A stretch of 64,000 nucleotides of DNA from the human T2T-CHM13v2.0 reference genome, Homo sapiens: the NCBI RefSeq assembly GCF_009914755.1, contig NC_060930.1. One strand, written 5' to 3'. The notes beneath the pieces are model-generated. The model worked only from the letters and a program-made list of their open reading frames with translations. It did not search any database and was not told where the DNA came from. Below are positions 33,217 to 45,749 of this stretch, one piece after another. The translations under genes and the position numbers were made by a program. Every line of letters begins with the position of its first letter. Within the stretch, counting starts at the first letter, position 1.

Positions 33217-33944
33217 TTTTTGAACATCTTGCAACCTCAATCTCTTAGTGGTTCTATCCCCTCTCCCTGAAGATGTCTGTGATGCACTTCTTAATCCTGT
33301 GATCCCTCCTGGCATTTTATCTGTAGTATACCCTGTTACAATCATTCAACAGCTCACGTGGAATGTCTTCTACCTACCAAACATATTAATAGATGTGGCT
33401 TACACTCTAATGTTCCTACACAATGGGCATCTAAACAAATAATAACAATAATGAAAACATTCTATATTGCCTTTTGATGTAAATAGTTATTTATGCAGAT
33501 GGCTCTCAAAAGCAATCTCTTTGAATGATATTTTTTGTAGCCCAGCTCCATGCTTTAAAATTTTAGGCACTTGATTACAATGCACCAAAATAATGTGACT
33601 GCCCATTAGGCTGATGGCTGATTGGACCCTTTCTAGAAAATTATTAATGAAAATTCTTAGCTACCACCACATTCCTGAAATTTCTTTGAGACCAATGGTG
33701 AGGACCAAGTCCTCAGTTCAGGAGCTGACCAATACCTGATGCCTTTGTGGTGCCCGTCCTCAGATTCTGGTTCTGACAGTAAGTGGCTCCCCAGGGGAAA
33801 AATCATCTTCACAACCAATTGAGACTAACAACCCTCACCTATACTCCAGTATTCTTAACAAGGCCTTTAGGATCCTTTATTGAAGAAAAAAAAATTACTA
33901 ACCTACATTGTTCTCAACAGAAGTTTAATTTGAAGGTTATCTGA

Positions 33945-34599
33945 TGCTGGCAAGGTTACGGGGAATGTGAATGCTTATACACTGTTGGTGGGAGTGTAAA
34001 TTTGTTCAGCCTCTGTGGAAAGCAGTGTGGCAATTCCTCAAAAAAATTGAAATCAGAATTACCATTCAACCCAGCAGTACCATTACCGGGCATATACCCA
34101 AAGGAATATAAGTCATTCTACCATAAAGACACATGCACGTGTATATTTAGTGCACCACTATTCACAATAGCAAAGACTTGGAATCAACCTAAATACCCAT
34201 CAATAGCAGACTGGATAAAAAAATGTGGTACATACAGCATGAAATACCATGCAGCCATAAAAAAGCATGAGACCATGACCTTTGCAGCAAGATAGATGGA
34301 GATGGAGGCCATTATCCTACTTAAACTAATGGCAGGGAACAGAAAACCAGATACCACATGTTCTCGCTTGTAAGTGAAAGTTAAAAAACAAGAACACAGG
34401 TTGACAAAGAGGGGAACAACAGGCACTGGGGCTTTCCTGAGGGTGGAGGGCGGCAGGAGGGAGAAGATGAGGAAAAATTATCTTGGTATGCTTAGCATAT
34501 GGGTGATAAAATAATATGTACACCAAACTCCCATGATGCACGTTTACCTGTATAACAAACCTCCCCATGTTACCCCTGAACCTTAAATAAAGGAAAAAA
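33945..34599 (+). mobile_element. Older L1PA 3' end, 5'-truncated
   Basis: ORF2 C-terminal remnant (LFTIAKTWNQPKYPS), 3'UTR, A-tail; TSD AAGGTTAT(C/T)TGA at 33933-33944 and 34600-34611. Confidence 0.92.
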
Positions 34600-35000
34600 A
34601 AGGTTATTTGAAATATACACATTTATCATATTAATTTAAGAAAAATTCCAACAGGTAAGAATTTTTAGGCTTCACTAACAAAGAGACACCATAATTATAA
34701 CAACAATAATACAAGAAGCTTCTGAATTCTTACTGCGTATTGGCACTGTGAATTTCCGCAAGCGTCAGCTCAGTCATTTTTCACATGCCTCTCGTAGGCA
34801 GGTATTGTTGTACCTATCTCACAGACAAGCCAGCTGAGGCTTGCCTAGTTTCTAGGTGAATCTTATCAAAGGTCTCTTTTCCTTTACGAAGAATTCTTTC
34901 CCAGAAAGAGTTTTAATGCCCGTTTCAAAGAGAGGGCTGGTGTCTCTACTAGTTCTCCAAACTGTCTGAAGCTTGAAGTGGATATGGATTAGGGTTAAAC

Positions 35001-35500
35001 TGTGATAAGATTCAAGATCTGCTACCCCGAAATATTAAGCAGGAAAGCTACTCTCACCTTCCCCTCACCGCTCTTCCTTGAGGCAAGTCATAACACCTAG
35101 AAAGTTCACTTTCCTCACACTTCTCCCCGGAAGTAGGTCATAAGATCCTCATGTGAGCAGTACCCTTCCCACACCCAGAGGAAAGAAACTAAACACAGAC
35201 AGTCCAAGAAGGATCTGAACAAATAGCCCTTGCTAAGTTCCCCCAGTTTATTACCATTAGGTCTTACTTTTTTGTCCTCGAATTGTATTTCACCATGATT
35301 GTCCACTCTTCATCAAACCTAAGTATAAAAATACACAAGCTTATCTACTTCTTTGGATCTTCATTTATAACGTCTCCCATGTCATGTAAGACTTCTATTA
35401 CAAAAATGTGCATGCTTTTCTCTTGTTAGTCTGTCTTTTGTTATAGGGACCTGAGCCATGCCTCCTGTGGTGGGTCTGGAAAGAGATCTTTTCCTCCCCA
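35001..35500 (+). mobile_element. ERV1 (MER4-group-like) solo LTR
   Basis: gctaccccgaaatat start motif, TATA-like aagtataaaaa, U5-like tgcttttctcttgttagtctgtcttttgttatagg; subfamily not resolved. Confidence 0.65.
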
Positions 35501-36913
35501 AGAGCTGCAACATTCACTAAACGTCTACATAGCATCTGGCCTTTTTGTTTGTTTGTTTTGATTGCTGTTTTTAACCCCTATCAACTTCTAAACAACGAAG
35601 TGGTCATCTGGGACTTCACACATTATTCAATGGAGTGGCTTCTATGGACATTATATACTTTTTCCATTTCTTACAATTCACTAGGAAGTTGCTGCTCAGT
35701 TAAAAAAAAAAAAAAAAGTAGTAGTCACTGTCCTCAAGGGTCTTCGATATGTAAAAAGCCAAGGTGGTGAGAAATGAGGGTTGAAATCTGTTTCTTTCTC
35801 ACATATTGGAGGTAAATAACAGCAGCATAGGTTTGTTGTTTATAGATCTTTACAAAATTGTTCATTTTTACAGCTTCATTTTTCACTTACACTTTTTTAT
35901 GTGGTCATTCAGTAGCCAGAATAAACACAATACATTGTCTGAAAAATATGTTCATGTGAAGAGCATATTACCATCCTTAGTGAAACACCGCAAAATAAAA
36001 TTGATGAAAAGAATATCTTTTCACACAAGACCGAAGGGAAAATGAGGAAAGAAGGTACACTCCTATTTTAAAGGAAAATTATTTTCTTCTTAAATATCAC
36101 GATTATAATTTTTTTTAAGAAATTGATGTTAATAGTGTAAAAGGCAATTTAAATTTGTGAACAGTCTGTGCCATACCTAGCATCCAAGCCATCTGCATGA
36201 GATGAGCCCCTCTTCTTCATTTTCTCTTGGGCTGGAGCTCCCTGGGAGGCACAATCCGTCCAGTCTGACATCCCAAAGAAGCCCCTCCCTGTTTCTCCAG
36301 GTAACCTGATGCTCTCTGACCCACCCCTAACACTTCCCACCACCCCTGTTTTAATCCCTGCATCCAAGATCACTTTCTAATTGTACCCACCGATTCCTTT
36401 CCTAGTACTGTCTCCTCTACAATTCCTTTGTATGGTAAACACATTCCCTATATCCATCATATATTTCCTGAACAGTCCCACCAACGACCTTCTGACCTAC
36501 CATCTGGTTCTCACCTCAAATCAGTGACCCTCACTTCCTCCATGCATGCACATGCATTACTTACAAAGTACACGTCAGTGATCTCTCAGCTTGCACAATC
36601 TGAAAAGGGGGAAAATTATATCAAGAAGCCATAAAGTATGTTCTTGATATATAAAAATGACCTTTCCATTTTACACAGGATTTAGGGTTTCTACCTATGG
36701 ACTATATAATGCTTGGCACATAATGGTTGATTACTAGGAATTTGCTGAATGAATGAATGAATGAATGAATGTAGGCATGCATTAAATCCTTTATGTTTAT
36801 TACACAAAGTATTTTATCTAAAGTGACATGAACAAAGATAGAAGGTGGAGATAGATAGGAAGAGTGGAGAAGCTGAGTAAAAAGAAGAGGCTAGATGTAG
36901 ACAGGCTACTTAC

Positions 36914-37191
36914 CACATAAAGGTTTTCGTGGAAATACACCCCCACATCATAAAAGTTTCCATTGTGCCTGACGGAGTGTTTTCTGGTCTTTAGTTGCTC
37001 CGTTTGCCACCACTGCAAGACACAGCCTCCCAGTCGACCAAGCAGGGACACTTGGACACTTTGAGGACATAAGAGCCTGGAGGAGCCTTGTCTTTAAGGC
37101 CCCTCAGGCATCTGATCTGGATTTGCAGAGGCTGAGGTGGTTGAGACTGCTCATTTTCCACAAAAGGTGGGGTTCTTGAATTACGCAGGAA
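36914..37191 (-). pseudogene. OFCC1: 278-nt exon (270 nt plus an 8-bp duplication), FLRNSRTPP...PQPLQIQIRCLRGLKDKAPPGSYVLKVS/LLGRLGGCVLQWW...FHENLYV
   Basis: Acceptor tttcacccAG, donor gtg|GTAAGT; track ORFs 36991-37209 and 36818-37051 join when the duplicated GGACACTT is removed. Confidence 0.85.
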
Positions 37192-37620
37192 CTGGGTGAA
37201 ACCACACAATTAGCAACAATGGGCTTCTCAGGGGGGAAAAAAGTAGACAATTATTTTTATCCAACCTGTAATTGTCAGGTATTACCAATGATAACAGATG
37301 AGGACAGAAGATATATAATTAGGGGGTCAAAAGGCAAACCTGCCGTTGATGGGAGGGAAAGTTTAGCCTTTTTTCAGCATGGTATGTTAATGATCTGTGA
37401 CATCAGAAACCATTCACCTATTATAGTAAGATAGAATTAACAGGAAACCAACACTTCTAAAAACCACACAGCATGCCTTCTAAGATATCTCGGGTGGGTG
37501 AACATGGGCAGTAAGCTTCAAATTTGGAGTCTGAAAGGTGACAGTCCTGACTTTAACACTAACCACTGTCCATAATGCCACGTTGAGCAGAGTGCAGAAC
37601 AGGTCAGACTAACACCTCAC

Positions 37621-37736
37621 TTGATCTGATACTTCCAGAGTCTCAACATGATGTCAACTTGCCTCACAGGCTTCAAAGGAGAGTCAAAAATGGCAGGGGG
37701 AGGGGGTGGTGGGATAGTATCTGTACGTGCCCTTTC
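37621..37736 (-). pseudogene. OFCC1: 116-nt exon (G)KGTYRYYPTTPSPCHF*LSFEACEAS*HHVETLEVSDQ
   Basis: Acceptor gctaaatttcAG, donor caa|GTGAGG; phases 1 and 0 link both neighbours; TGA at 37684-37686 and 37654-37656. Confidence 0.65.
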
Positions 37737-38994
37737 CTGAAATTTAGCACGAATTGTGTGTGACTGAGAGACATGACTCAGGAATATTTTACAGGGCATT
37801 TGAATTTCATTTTTCACCTACAGCTGAGAGAAGCAGGTCATTTTCATTTTTAATAAGTGCTGAAAACTTTATAAACACTGATAAGATTTTTAGTGGACTA
37901 TTTTTTCAGAATAAACAAAAACTAAACTATGATTATTATTAATAATAACTCAAATGTAGTGAAGTCATGTTTTCTATACTTACAAGTCCCTAATATTTTT
38001 CAGAATTATTTGACTTCAAAGGATCCTGTAACCTTGTACTTCAAGCAAAAATAATGTCCTTTTTGGAAGCAAGTTACTACTGTCTTGGCAACCCAAGTTA
38101 GTAGCACCACCAGTTAATCTGCAGCCAACAGTAAGCATTTTTTAATCCTGCCTAGACTTTAGTTTGTGGGAGATAATATATATTTCCATATAGATAGTAT
38201 GCTTCTGGAATTAAATTACAGTTAAATAAACATTGAAACTTGTTCAGCTTTCTTTGTTTTTTTTCACACAAATCATACTTAAAAACTAATCGGAATAACA
38301 ATTATTTTTGGCTTAATTAGAAAATCTTAATTAACAATAAAGACTTAACCTTAATATTTTGGTTTCCAAAAATATTTTAAAAATTAACAACATGTGAATA
38401 AATAAGACAATCTTTTTAAACCTCAAGGCAGGATTACTGATGCAGGCAGAGTGAGTTATTAAACACATTCTAAATTAAACGCCTCTATGAATTTTATACT
38501 GAAATATATTGTGATAGTTTTGCATGCCAAATGTGACATTTTGTATTTCAGATTCATCTTCTGTAGTAATTTTGGAAATGTCATACAAACAAAGATTTTG
38601 TCATTTACCAGTGGAATTACTATGCATGGCCGCTTAGCCATCTCTTCGCTGGTTCTCGTGGTTGTTTCAAGTCAGCAAGCCATAAAAAATCTTTATCTCT
38701 CTGAAACACAGCAATTTGGAAGATAATCGAATGGTGACTAGGGGGCAGAAATGCCAGTCTGAGGAATTATACCACAATCTCTCTTGCATTTACAACCTTC
38801 CTCAAAGCGAGTGTCAGCCAAGTAGGGAAAGGAGACAGAAGATTCATCAAATCTCAAGCCTCGTCTCATTTGCATGGTGGCAGGCCTGACTCATTGTCTA
38901 GTGGGATGGAGCCTGGCCTTACTGACAACCTGTTTTGAGGAATTTTAGTAGCTTTGTCGAGTTTTTAGCCATTCTATTTCAGCATAGAATTCTC

Positions 38995-39054
<60 letters not shown>
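38995..39054. repeat. (ATCT)15 perfect tetranucleotide STR, followed by a short (AG)n
   Basis: Direct count: 60 bp of uninterrupted ATCT. Confidence 0.97.
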
Positions 39055-39056
<2 letters not shown>

Positions 39057-41394
39057 AGAGAGAGAGAGACCTGCTAAAGTTTCTCTAAAGAGTCCTACAG
39101 GAGAAAAAGCACAGCAGGCAGCTGGGTCAATACAATTGATCTCATCGTTTAACATTTTGCATCAGAGAAAAAGTCAGTGGCAAGAGCCTCACCTTCCAGC
39201 GGGGTCCTGCTGCTCCCTTTGAGTCATTAGTTACTTCTGTGAGGGTACCAAGCTGGGCTGCACTGTCCTTTTTACAAATATTTAGGTCTGCAATGAATGG
39301 TTGACTTGGAGTTCTGCAGCAGTTAAAAAAGAAAGAAGGAAGATAAAAGAAAGAGAAATTGACAATGGAGTGTAACAAAAAGGTTTGCCTTTAGACTCAC
39401 GACACAGTTTGATGTTTTCCTTAAACATTTTGTCAGACTAGCTAGAAAGTAGGTAAACACCACATTACAGGTGCTGCAATTGATTCAAATCGACGAGGTG
39501 AGTGGCTTCTGAGGTGTGGCCCTATATAAAGTGAGTGGCTTTTAAGAGATGTGGCCCTATAAAACATAAGACTCACTGCATCGGCCACTGATCTCTCAAG
39601 ATGTCACTTGCTTCAGAAATCATCAGATCCAATATTCGATAACACTTTTTGCCACTTCACTTCCTATCCTCTCTCCCTTCAATAGACTGTTAGGGAAACT
39701 TTGAGGGAAAAAAATCCATTATATAGATGATTAGCTGATATAACATAAAGTTTTTCTTTTTTTAATGCAGTGCTTAGAGATCAAGATCTATTTTGACTCT
39801 CGAAATGTTCCCTAGGCTTTTTTCCTCCTATTAACATTTACTAACTGTATCTTGAGGTTCTTCTTTATTGTTGACTCCTTTTTATTTTTGTTGTCAGCTT
39901 CTCCAATCCTGAGAGTGTTCTTCTGCCTTCCCAAATTCATTTGAATTAAGAAGGATCCACATCTCACATCTCCTGACTTAAGCTTAATTCCATCAGTAGG
40001 GCCATCTGTGACAACGACTATACCCTCAGCAGAGGAATAGCCTTTTTGGGTCTCATTGCTGATTTAGTTGCCTGTGATACAAATGATTTCCCTTAATTTG
40101 GTTAGAGTTACACTGACACAAGGGTTCATTAGGACACCCATTTGCTGGCAATTCAATTTCAAATTAAATACACTTTGTTGTAAATTTTATTACTTTTAAA
40201 CTACTGAATCTATTGTCTTTAATGGTCCTATTATACAGTTATGAAGGTAAACAGATTTCATTAGTAGACATCAAAGATTTTATGTTAACCACAGTGAGAT
40301 GATTTCCTCAGTTTCTTTCTTTGTTCCCTTAGCAAGAATTGTAAAGCACTTGGAAATGTTCTAAACACTTAATCTAAATAATTAGACACTAAATTCATGA
40401 TTATAATCCAAAAGATAAAAAGAAAAAACACAGTTCCTGGTTAGAATCTCAGTTCTTTGTAATTAAAGATTTTCTAAAAATACCTTCCTTAAAGTGAGAA
40501 AGGAGCACAATGCACATTGAAAGGTTAAGTCACAGCTGTAACCTGATACCAGGTACCCAGAGACAAGTTCACGGATGTGTGTCCCCTTGGAGAAGCCATA
40601 TTCTAGGTCAGGAACCAGATCTAGGCATCAGTTCACTTTTGCATTAGGTCCTAAGGCATGTTATTACTCTTGTTTTCTCTCTTCTAGAGCACATCTTAAT
40701 TTTATAACTGTGTATGTGTTTGTGTGTTATTTAAAAATGTTTTAATTATATTAAAAACCACCATCACCACCCACAAAAAAAAAATCACCCATTAACCTAC
40801 AGCCCAGAAATAACCACTGGAAAAATACTGGCTTCTATTCTTTATAGCTGAGTTTAGCAAGGCACACTTTTAAAAAAAATTTTTCTTTACATAATGAGAC
40901 TGATGCTATGAATAATACTATCTTTTAAATTGTATTTTTTGCTTTGTATGTTATGGGCATTTGCCATAAGAGTATTATTTTTTTTTTGCTAACATATAAT
41001 TTTTAGGTATTATCTAGTATTCTAGGCATCTACCATAATTTATTTAAATGATCCCTTATCATTGGATATTTAGGTTAGTTCCTATTTTCACTATTGAATG
41101 TTAGCCTGTAATGAACTCTCTCACATATAAAGTCTTGTAGGTATCTTAGTATCAAGTCCTATCATTGGAAATGCTTGGCATAGGAGGCATGCTGTTCTCC
41201 ATCTCATCTCTGCCTTGAGCTACCTAATCATTGAAGCGATGCCTTAGTGATACATAATCCTGTCTGCACAGCCTATTCTCTCAGACACTAGATAATCCTC
41301 ACAGGGAGACAGGTCCAGTTCCAGGTGATATCTTATTTGCACTGATGCTAGGGTTAGAAGTTCAAGAAAATGTCTGTGAGTAAGCAGCACTAAC

Positions 41395-41608
41395 GTACTC
41401 CCAACCTGGCACTATGGACATTCTGAATCAGATAATTCTTTGTTGCAGGACTGTCTGGCACATTGTAGTATGCTCAGCAGGATTCCTTGTCTCTACTGAC
41501 TAGATCCCACTAACATCTACTGACTAGATCCCACTAACAATCAAAAATGTCTCCAGACATCGCCAAATGTTCCCTGGGGCAACACTGATCCCTGCTGAGA
41601 CCCACTGG
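41395..41608. mobile_element. MER20 (hAT-Charlie MITE) with an internal 24-bp tandem duplication
   Basis: caacctggcactatggacatt...aaaaatgtctccagacatcgccaaatgttccctgggg...gagacccactg. Confidence 0.85.
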
Positions 41609-42213
41609 TATACAATACTAACTAGTATTTATTGAATGCTGCATGCTCAAGGCACTCTCTCAAATACATTGCATTTCTTATCTGATTTAACCCTTAAAAT
41701 AATCCGATATGGTATTCTTATTTCTGATTAACTGATGAGAAACGGATGCTGAGGGATGCTGACTACCTTCTTTTAACTATCATAAGGGTAGAGGCTGAGA
41801 TTCAAAGTGAGACCATCCAACTTGAGAACTGTCCCTCACCCTGCAACCTGCTGCTTCCGCATCTTCTATACATGAATGTAGGAAGGGCAGCTGCCAGATC
41901 CAAACCTGAAAAGTTCCCGCACTGAAACAAGGATTTTGATATTTTCTAGGAGACAAGTAAGATATAACTCCCAGCTGTATTACCATTCCTGTAATGCCCC
42001 ATTCCGAAATATCATATAGATGAAGGGGCCCAAATGTATCCTAGGATGAAATGGGGTCATGCTTTCCAAAAACCTGACCCTTCAGGTGAAGTGAACTAGG
42101 AGGTCTCTATCATCTATAATTGGCCCATACTCAATCAGTAGCAAAACATATGTACAAAATAAATAAAATGCATTAAATCCAACATTAAGGGACATACTTC
42201 TCAAATGTTTTAC

Positions 42214-42274
42214 CAGTCTTTAAAAGTGACATAGGAATGTATTCGTTGAGGCCTTCCCCTTCGAATTTCAAATC
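42214..42274 (-). pseudogene. OFCC1: 61-nt exon DLKFEGEGLNEYIPMSLLKT(G)
   Basis: Acceptor attttctttcatgcAG, donor ctg|GTAAAA, open frame, phase-1 end matches the next exon. Confidence 0.7.
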
Positions 42275-42949
42275 CTGCATGAAAGAAAATAGATATAAAA
42301 TTAAATGGATTCAAAACACACTTGAAACATCTATGTAAAAGTTGGATTTTCTGATACCAGCTATGCTGACCCTCAAAATTAAGCTTCCCAGAGCCAAATA
42401 AGAATATGGGAATTATACCTTTAACACTCAACTTATTATAGTATCTGATTTTTCTTACTTACCTAATTACTTTTCAGCCAGAAAGGCAGAGGGAATAGTA
42501 AAAAACATAACAAAAATATGATAAATACTTAGATCCCAGGACAGCTTTCTCTGTCTTTTCCTACTTTTATTTTCCTCTCTCTTTCTCACATTCACATACA
42601 CATTCCACAGTGGTATGGTTTTAGATCATGTAAATGGACATATGGCTAGATGTGTAAGATGCTAGAGATGTTAATAATAATTTTATTCATATAATTTATT
42701 ATTCAATCCAGGGCATTTGGGGGAAAGGGGAAGAAACAATTATGTATGCTAGGATAACAGGCATAAACTTGCACTATGCATACTATAATGCATAAAACTA
42801 TTACTAATACTATTAATAATAATCCTGTAGGGTTACATACAAGCAAATATCAACATATTCAGTAAAAGTGAATGATGGGGGTGGGAGTACAGAGAGAGAG
42901 AGAGCATGCACTCAACATGGAAGCAGCAGTCTTCAATAACCTAATGTCA

Positions 42950-44470
42950 AAATGACACACCATGAAATCTGCTGTGTACTTTGGTCACACAGTTCAATGC
43001 TGGTTCAACATAAGAGGGAGCGATACAAAGTTGTGAATAACAGCAGACTGAGATCACTGGTTCATAGCAGTTATGAAATCCAGACAAGGAAATGTCAAAG
43101 GTTCTTTGATGAAGACTCAAGGCCTGAGAATAATTCTCTACAGCTCTTGAGTCTACCTTCTGTACTCTTGGTTCTGTCATCTGAATCTTTCTTTTTTCAT
43201 GAAAGGTAACACATCTTTGAAGCTAAGTCATTTTCTTAACCTGCTTTCTGCCATAGAATTTAAAGGTCCAAAGACCTCTTTTCATCTTGTTTTCTCTGTG
43301 TCCCTTTTAGTCCAAATACATGATTTTTCTGCTTGTATAATTCTTTTAAAAATTTTGTGGGTCTCCTATGAATCTTATTGGAGTCTACTATATTAGACAA
43401 AAGTCAAATTTATAAATCTTTTCAAAAGAAGACAAGTCTTGGGGCTCCCACCAACAGGATGAAGGTCAATGCCCTTAAGGTCCCTAGAAATCCTACTGCT
43501 TGATTGAGGAGGAACTGTGAGGCAACCCTTCATCTCTGTAGAGTGACTAGAGTCTCAGTGAATACAATTCTGAGGCACCACCTTTGATATTTCTGAGGTC
43601 TTAAAAGATTTGACTGTGCTGCTCTCAGCTTCATCCATGAACCATATTTTCCTGGCATGTGATCTTTGCTCAGAAGCCATTTCTTCCTTTGAGCATTGTT
43701 TGCTATCTTGGGAGGCTGAGAATTCTTAAAACTGTAAAGTCATGACTCATTTTATCAGTCCTTTCTTCAGTTTCTCTCTCTTCTCTCACATTTTGCTATA
43801 AGCCTCAAGAAGAAACCAGGCAGCACTTGAGATTCTGTGGTCAGGGATCTCTCTAGCTAGATCATCTGGTTTATTAGGCACATTTTCTACTTTTCACATA
43901 ACTGCAAACAGCAGTGTTGCTAAACACTCTGACACTCCATAAAAAGATTTCCCCTCTTCCGTTTCCCATTGAGATTTTCCTCACTTTCTTACAAGCCCTC
44001 ACGCCATTTCTTGAAGACCATAAGGTTTCTAGACATATCTTCTTCAAGTACTAGAAGCCTAACACTCTCCTCAAAACCCACTGTGCAGCTTCAATGTCAC
44101 CCTCATGTTTCAGGTTCTGTTATGGTAACACTCCACCTCCAGGTACCAAAATCTGCATTAGTAATTTATCACTTTATAACACATTTCTCCAAAAACTAGA
44201 CAGTTAAAACAACAAATGTTTACTATCTTACACAATTTCTGGAGGTCAGAAATTCAAAAGCCACTTAGCTGTGTTTTCCTGGCTCAGGGTCTCTCATGAA
44301 TCTGCAATCAAGCTATTAGCTGGGTGGGAAGCCAGGTCAGGGGTCAAATGAGGCGGCAGAATCTGTTTCCTGGCTGAGTCACGTGTTTGTTGGAAGGCCT
44401 CAGTTTGTGGTTTACTATTGGCTAGAGGCTTTGGTTCCTTATCACGTGGGCCTCTCTACAGTTTACTCAC
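42950..44470 (-). mobile_element. MLT1 internal region plus LTR fragment
   Basis: LTR-like from about 44153 (tgcattagt...aaaacaacaaatgtttactatcttacacaatttctggaggtcagaaattc), preceded by MaLR-internal-like sequence; approximate. Confidence 0.6.
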
Positions 44471-45716
44471 AGGATGACAGCTTACTACTCCACAGCAAAA
44501 GATGAAATAGGTCGAATAGAAGGCTCTACACATATCCACAAAAAAGGGCTAACACATTTTCTGAGATGGGAAAGATAGGGTAAGTAATGAACAGGGTTTT
44601 GAGAGGCAAAATTTAAGCACCCCAATTGGACGTGTTAAATTTGAGGTGTTTTTGAGATACTCAAATGAAGTGGTAAGTAGGAATGAGACACAAGGTTCTA
44701 GGAGGAAAGATCAGAGCCTTTGGCTATCACCAGCAAGAATTAGGTGTTGGAAATTAATGAAATCACTCTGTAAGACACCTCTAAGCACATTTGTATGCAT
44801 TATATTATTTATTTGTTTGTCTGTGTTACATTATTTAATCCCCACAAAAACCCAATGATGTATATGCTTTAGTGTCATAATTATTTCATACATAAGTATG
44901 GAGGCTTACAGACCTTAAGGCATTTGCCCAAGGTTACAGTACGTGGTAGAAACTAGAGTTGACTCTCTGTGATTCAGCTCTTACTCAGTGTGACTGGTCT
45001 TTCATGTAGTCATTTATTGCCTTCCTAGAACATACATTCACAGGGTAACAGGTTTTTTGTGGTTTTTTTTTCACTTACTTGACCCCCCTATATTTTCTAT
45101 GACTAGGTCATAAAAAGTCCCCTTGTGAAAACAATTAAAGGTTAAATCAGTGGATGTATATGGCCCTTTGGAAACAAATAGAAAGGGCTAGATGGTAAAA
45201 TCTTATTAAATCTTATGTCATTTCCCTTTGTACCATTTTCCAAAAAGGATCAAACAGAGCAAGCATGCTTTACAAAGAGAATGAACTCCTTCACCAAGCC
45301 AACTATGTGCAAATCTTCTCAAGTATTTGAGAAGCATCAATTCTTAGTGAACTAACTAAAATGTATCTCTTCATTAAGGAAGATTTTATCACAAACTTTA
45401 CTATGTAATAATTATTTCATGCAGCTTTAGTCATAGTTCTGCTTTTATATAAAAGTAATTCTTTTGTTATATAAAAATTTACTTTGGAATACTTTGCAGC
45501 CTGAACTTTCCACCAGATCCTATCAATCTAAATAAGTGATGGTTGACTGTAACTGGGGAATACAAAGAAAACAATTTGGCAAAAATTACCAGTAAATATT
45601 GTTGATCAACCAGAAATTAAGATAGTAATGTTCTACTTATTCATGTAACATTCAAACAAAATTCAAAAGATTCCTGGCTATCACTGAAGAAGTTAAATAT
45701 TGTTTTCCAAAATTAC

Positions 45717-45749
45717 CTGTCTAGATTTCTCCAGCCTGGATCACCTTTT
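45717..45749 (-). pseudogene. OFCC1: Candidate 33-nt micro-exon (KR*SRLEKSRQ)
   Basis: Acceptor ttcttcatattgctgttAG, donor cag|GTAATT, length divisible by 3, phase 0 fits the next exon; TGA at 45741-45743. Confidence 0.5.
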
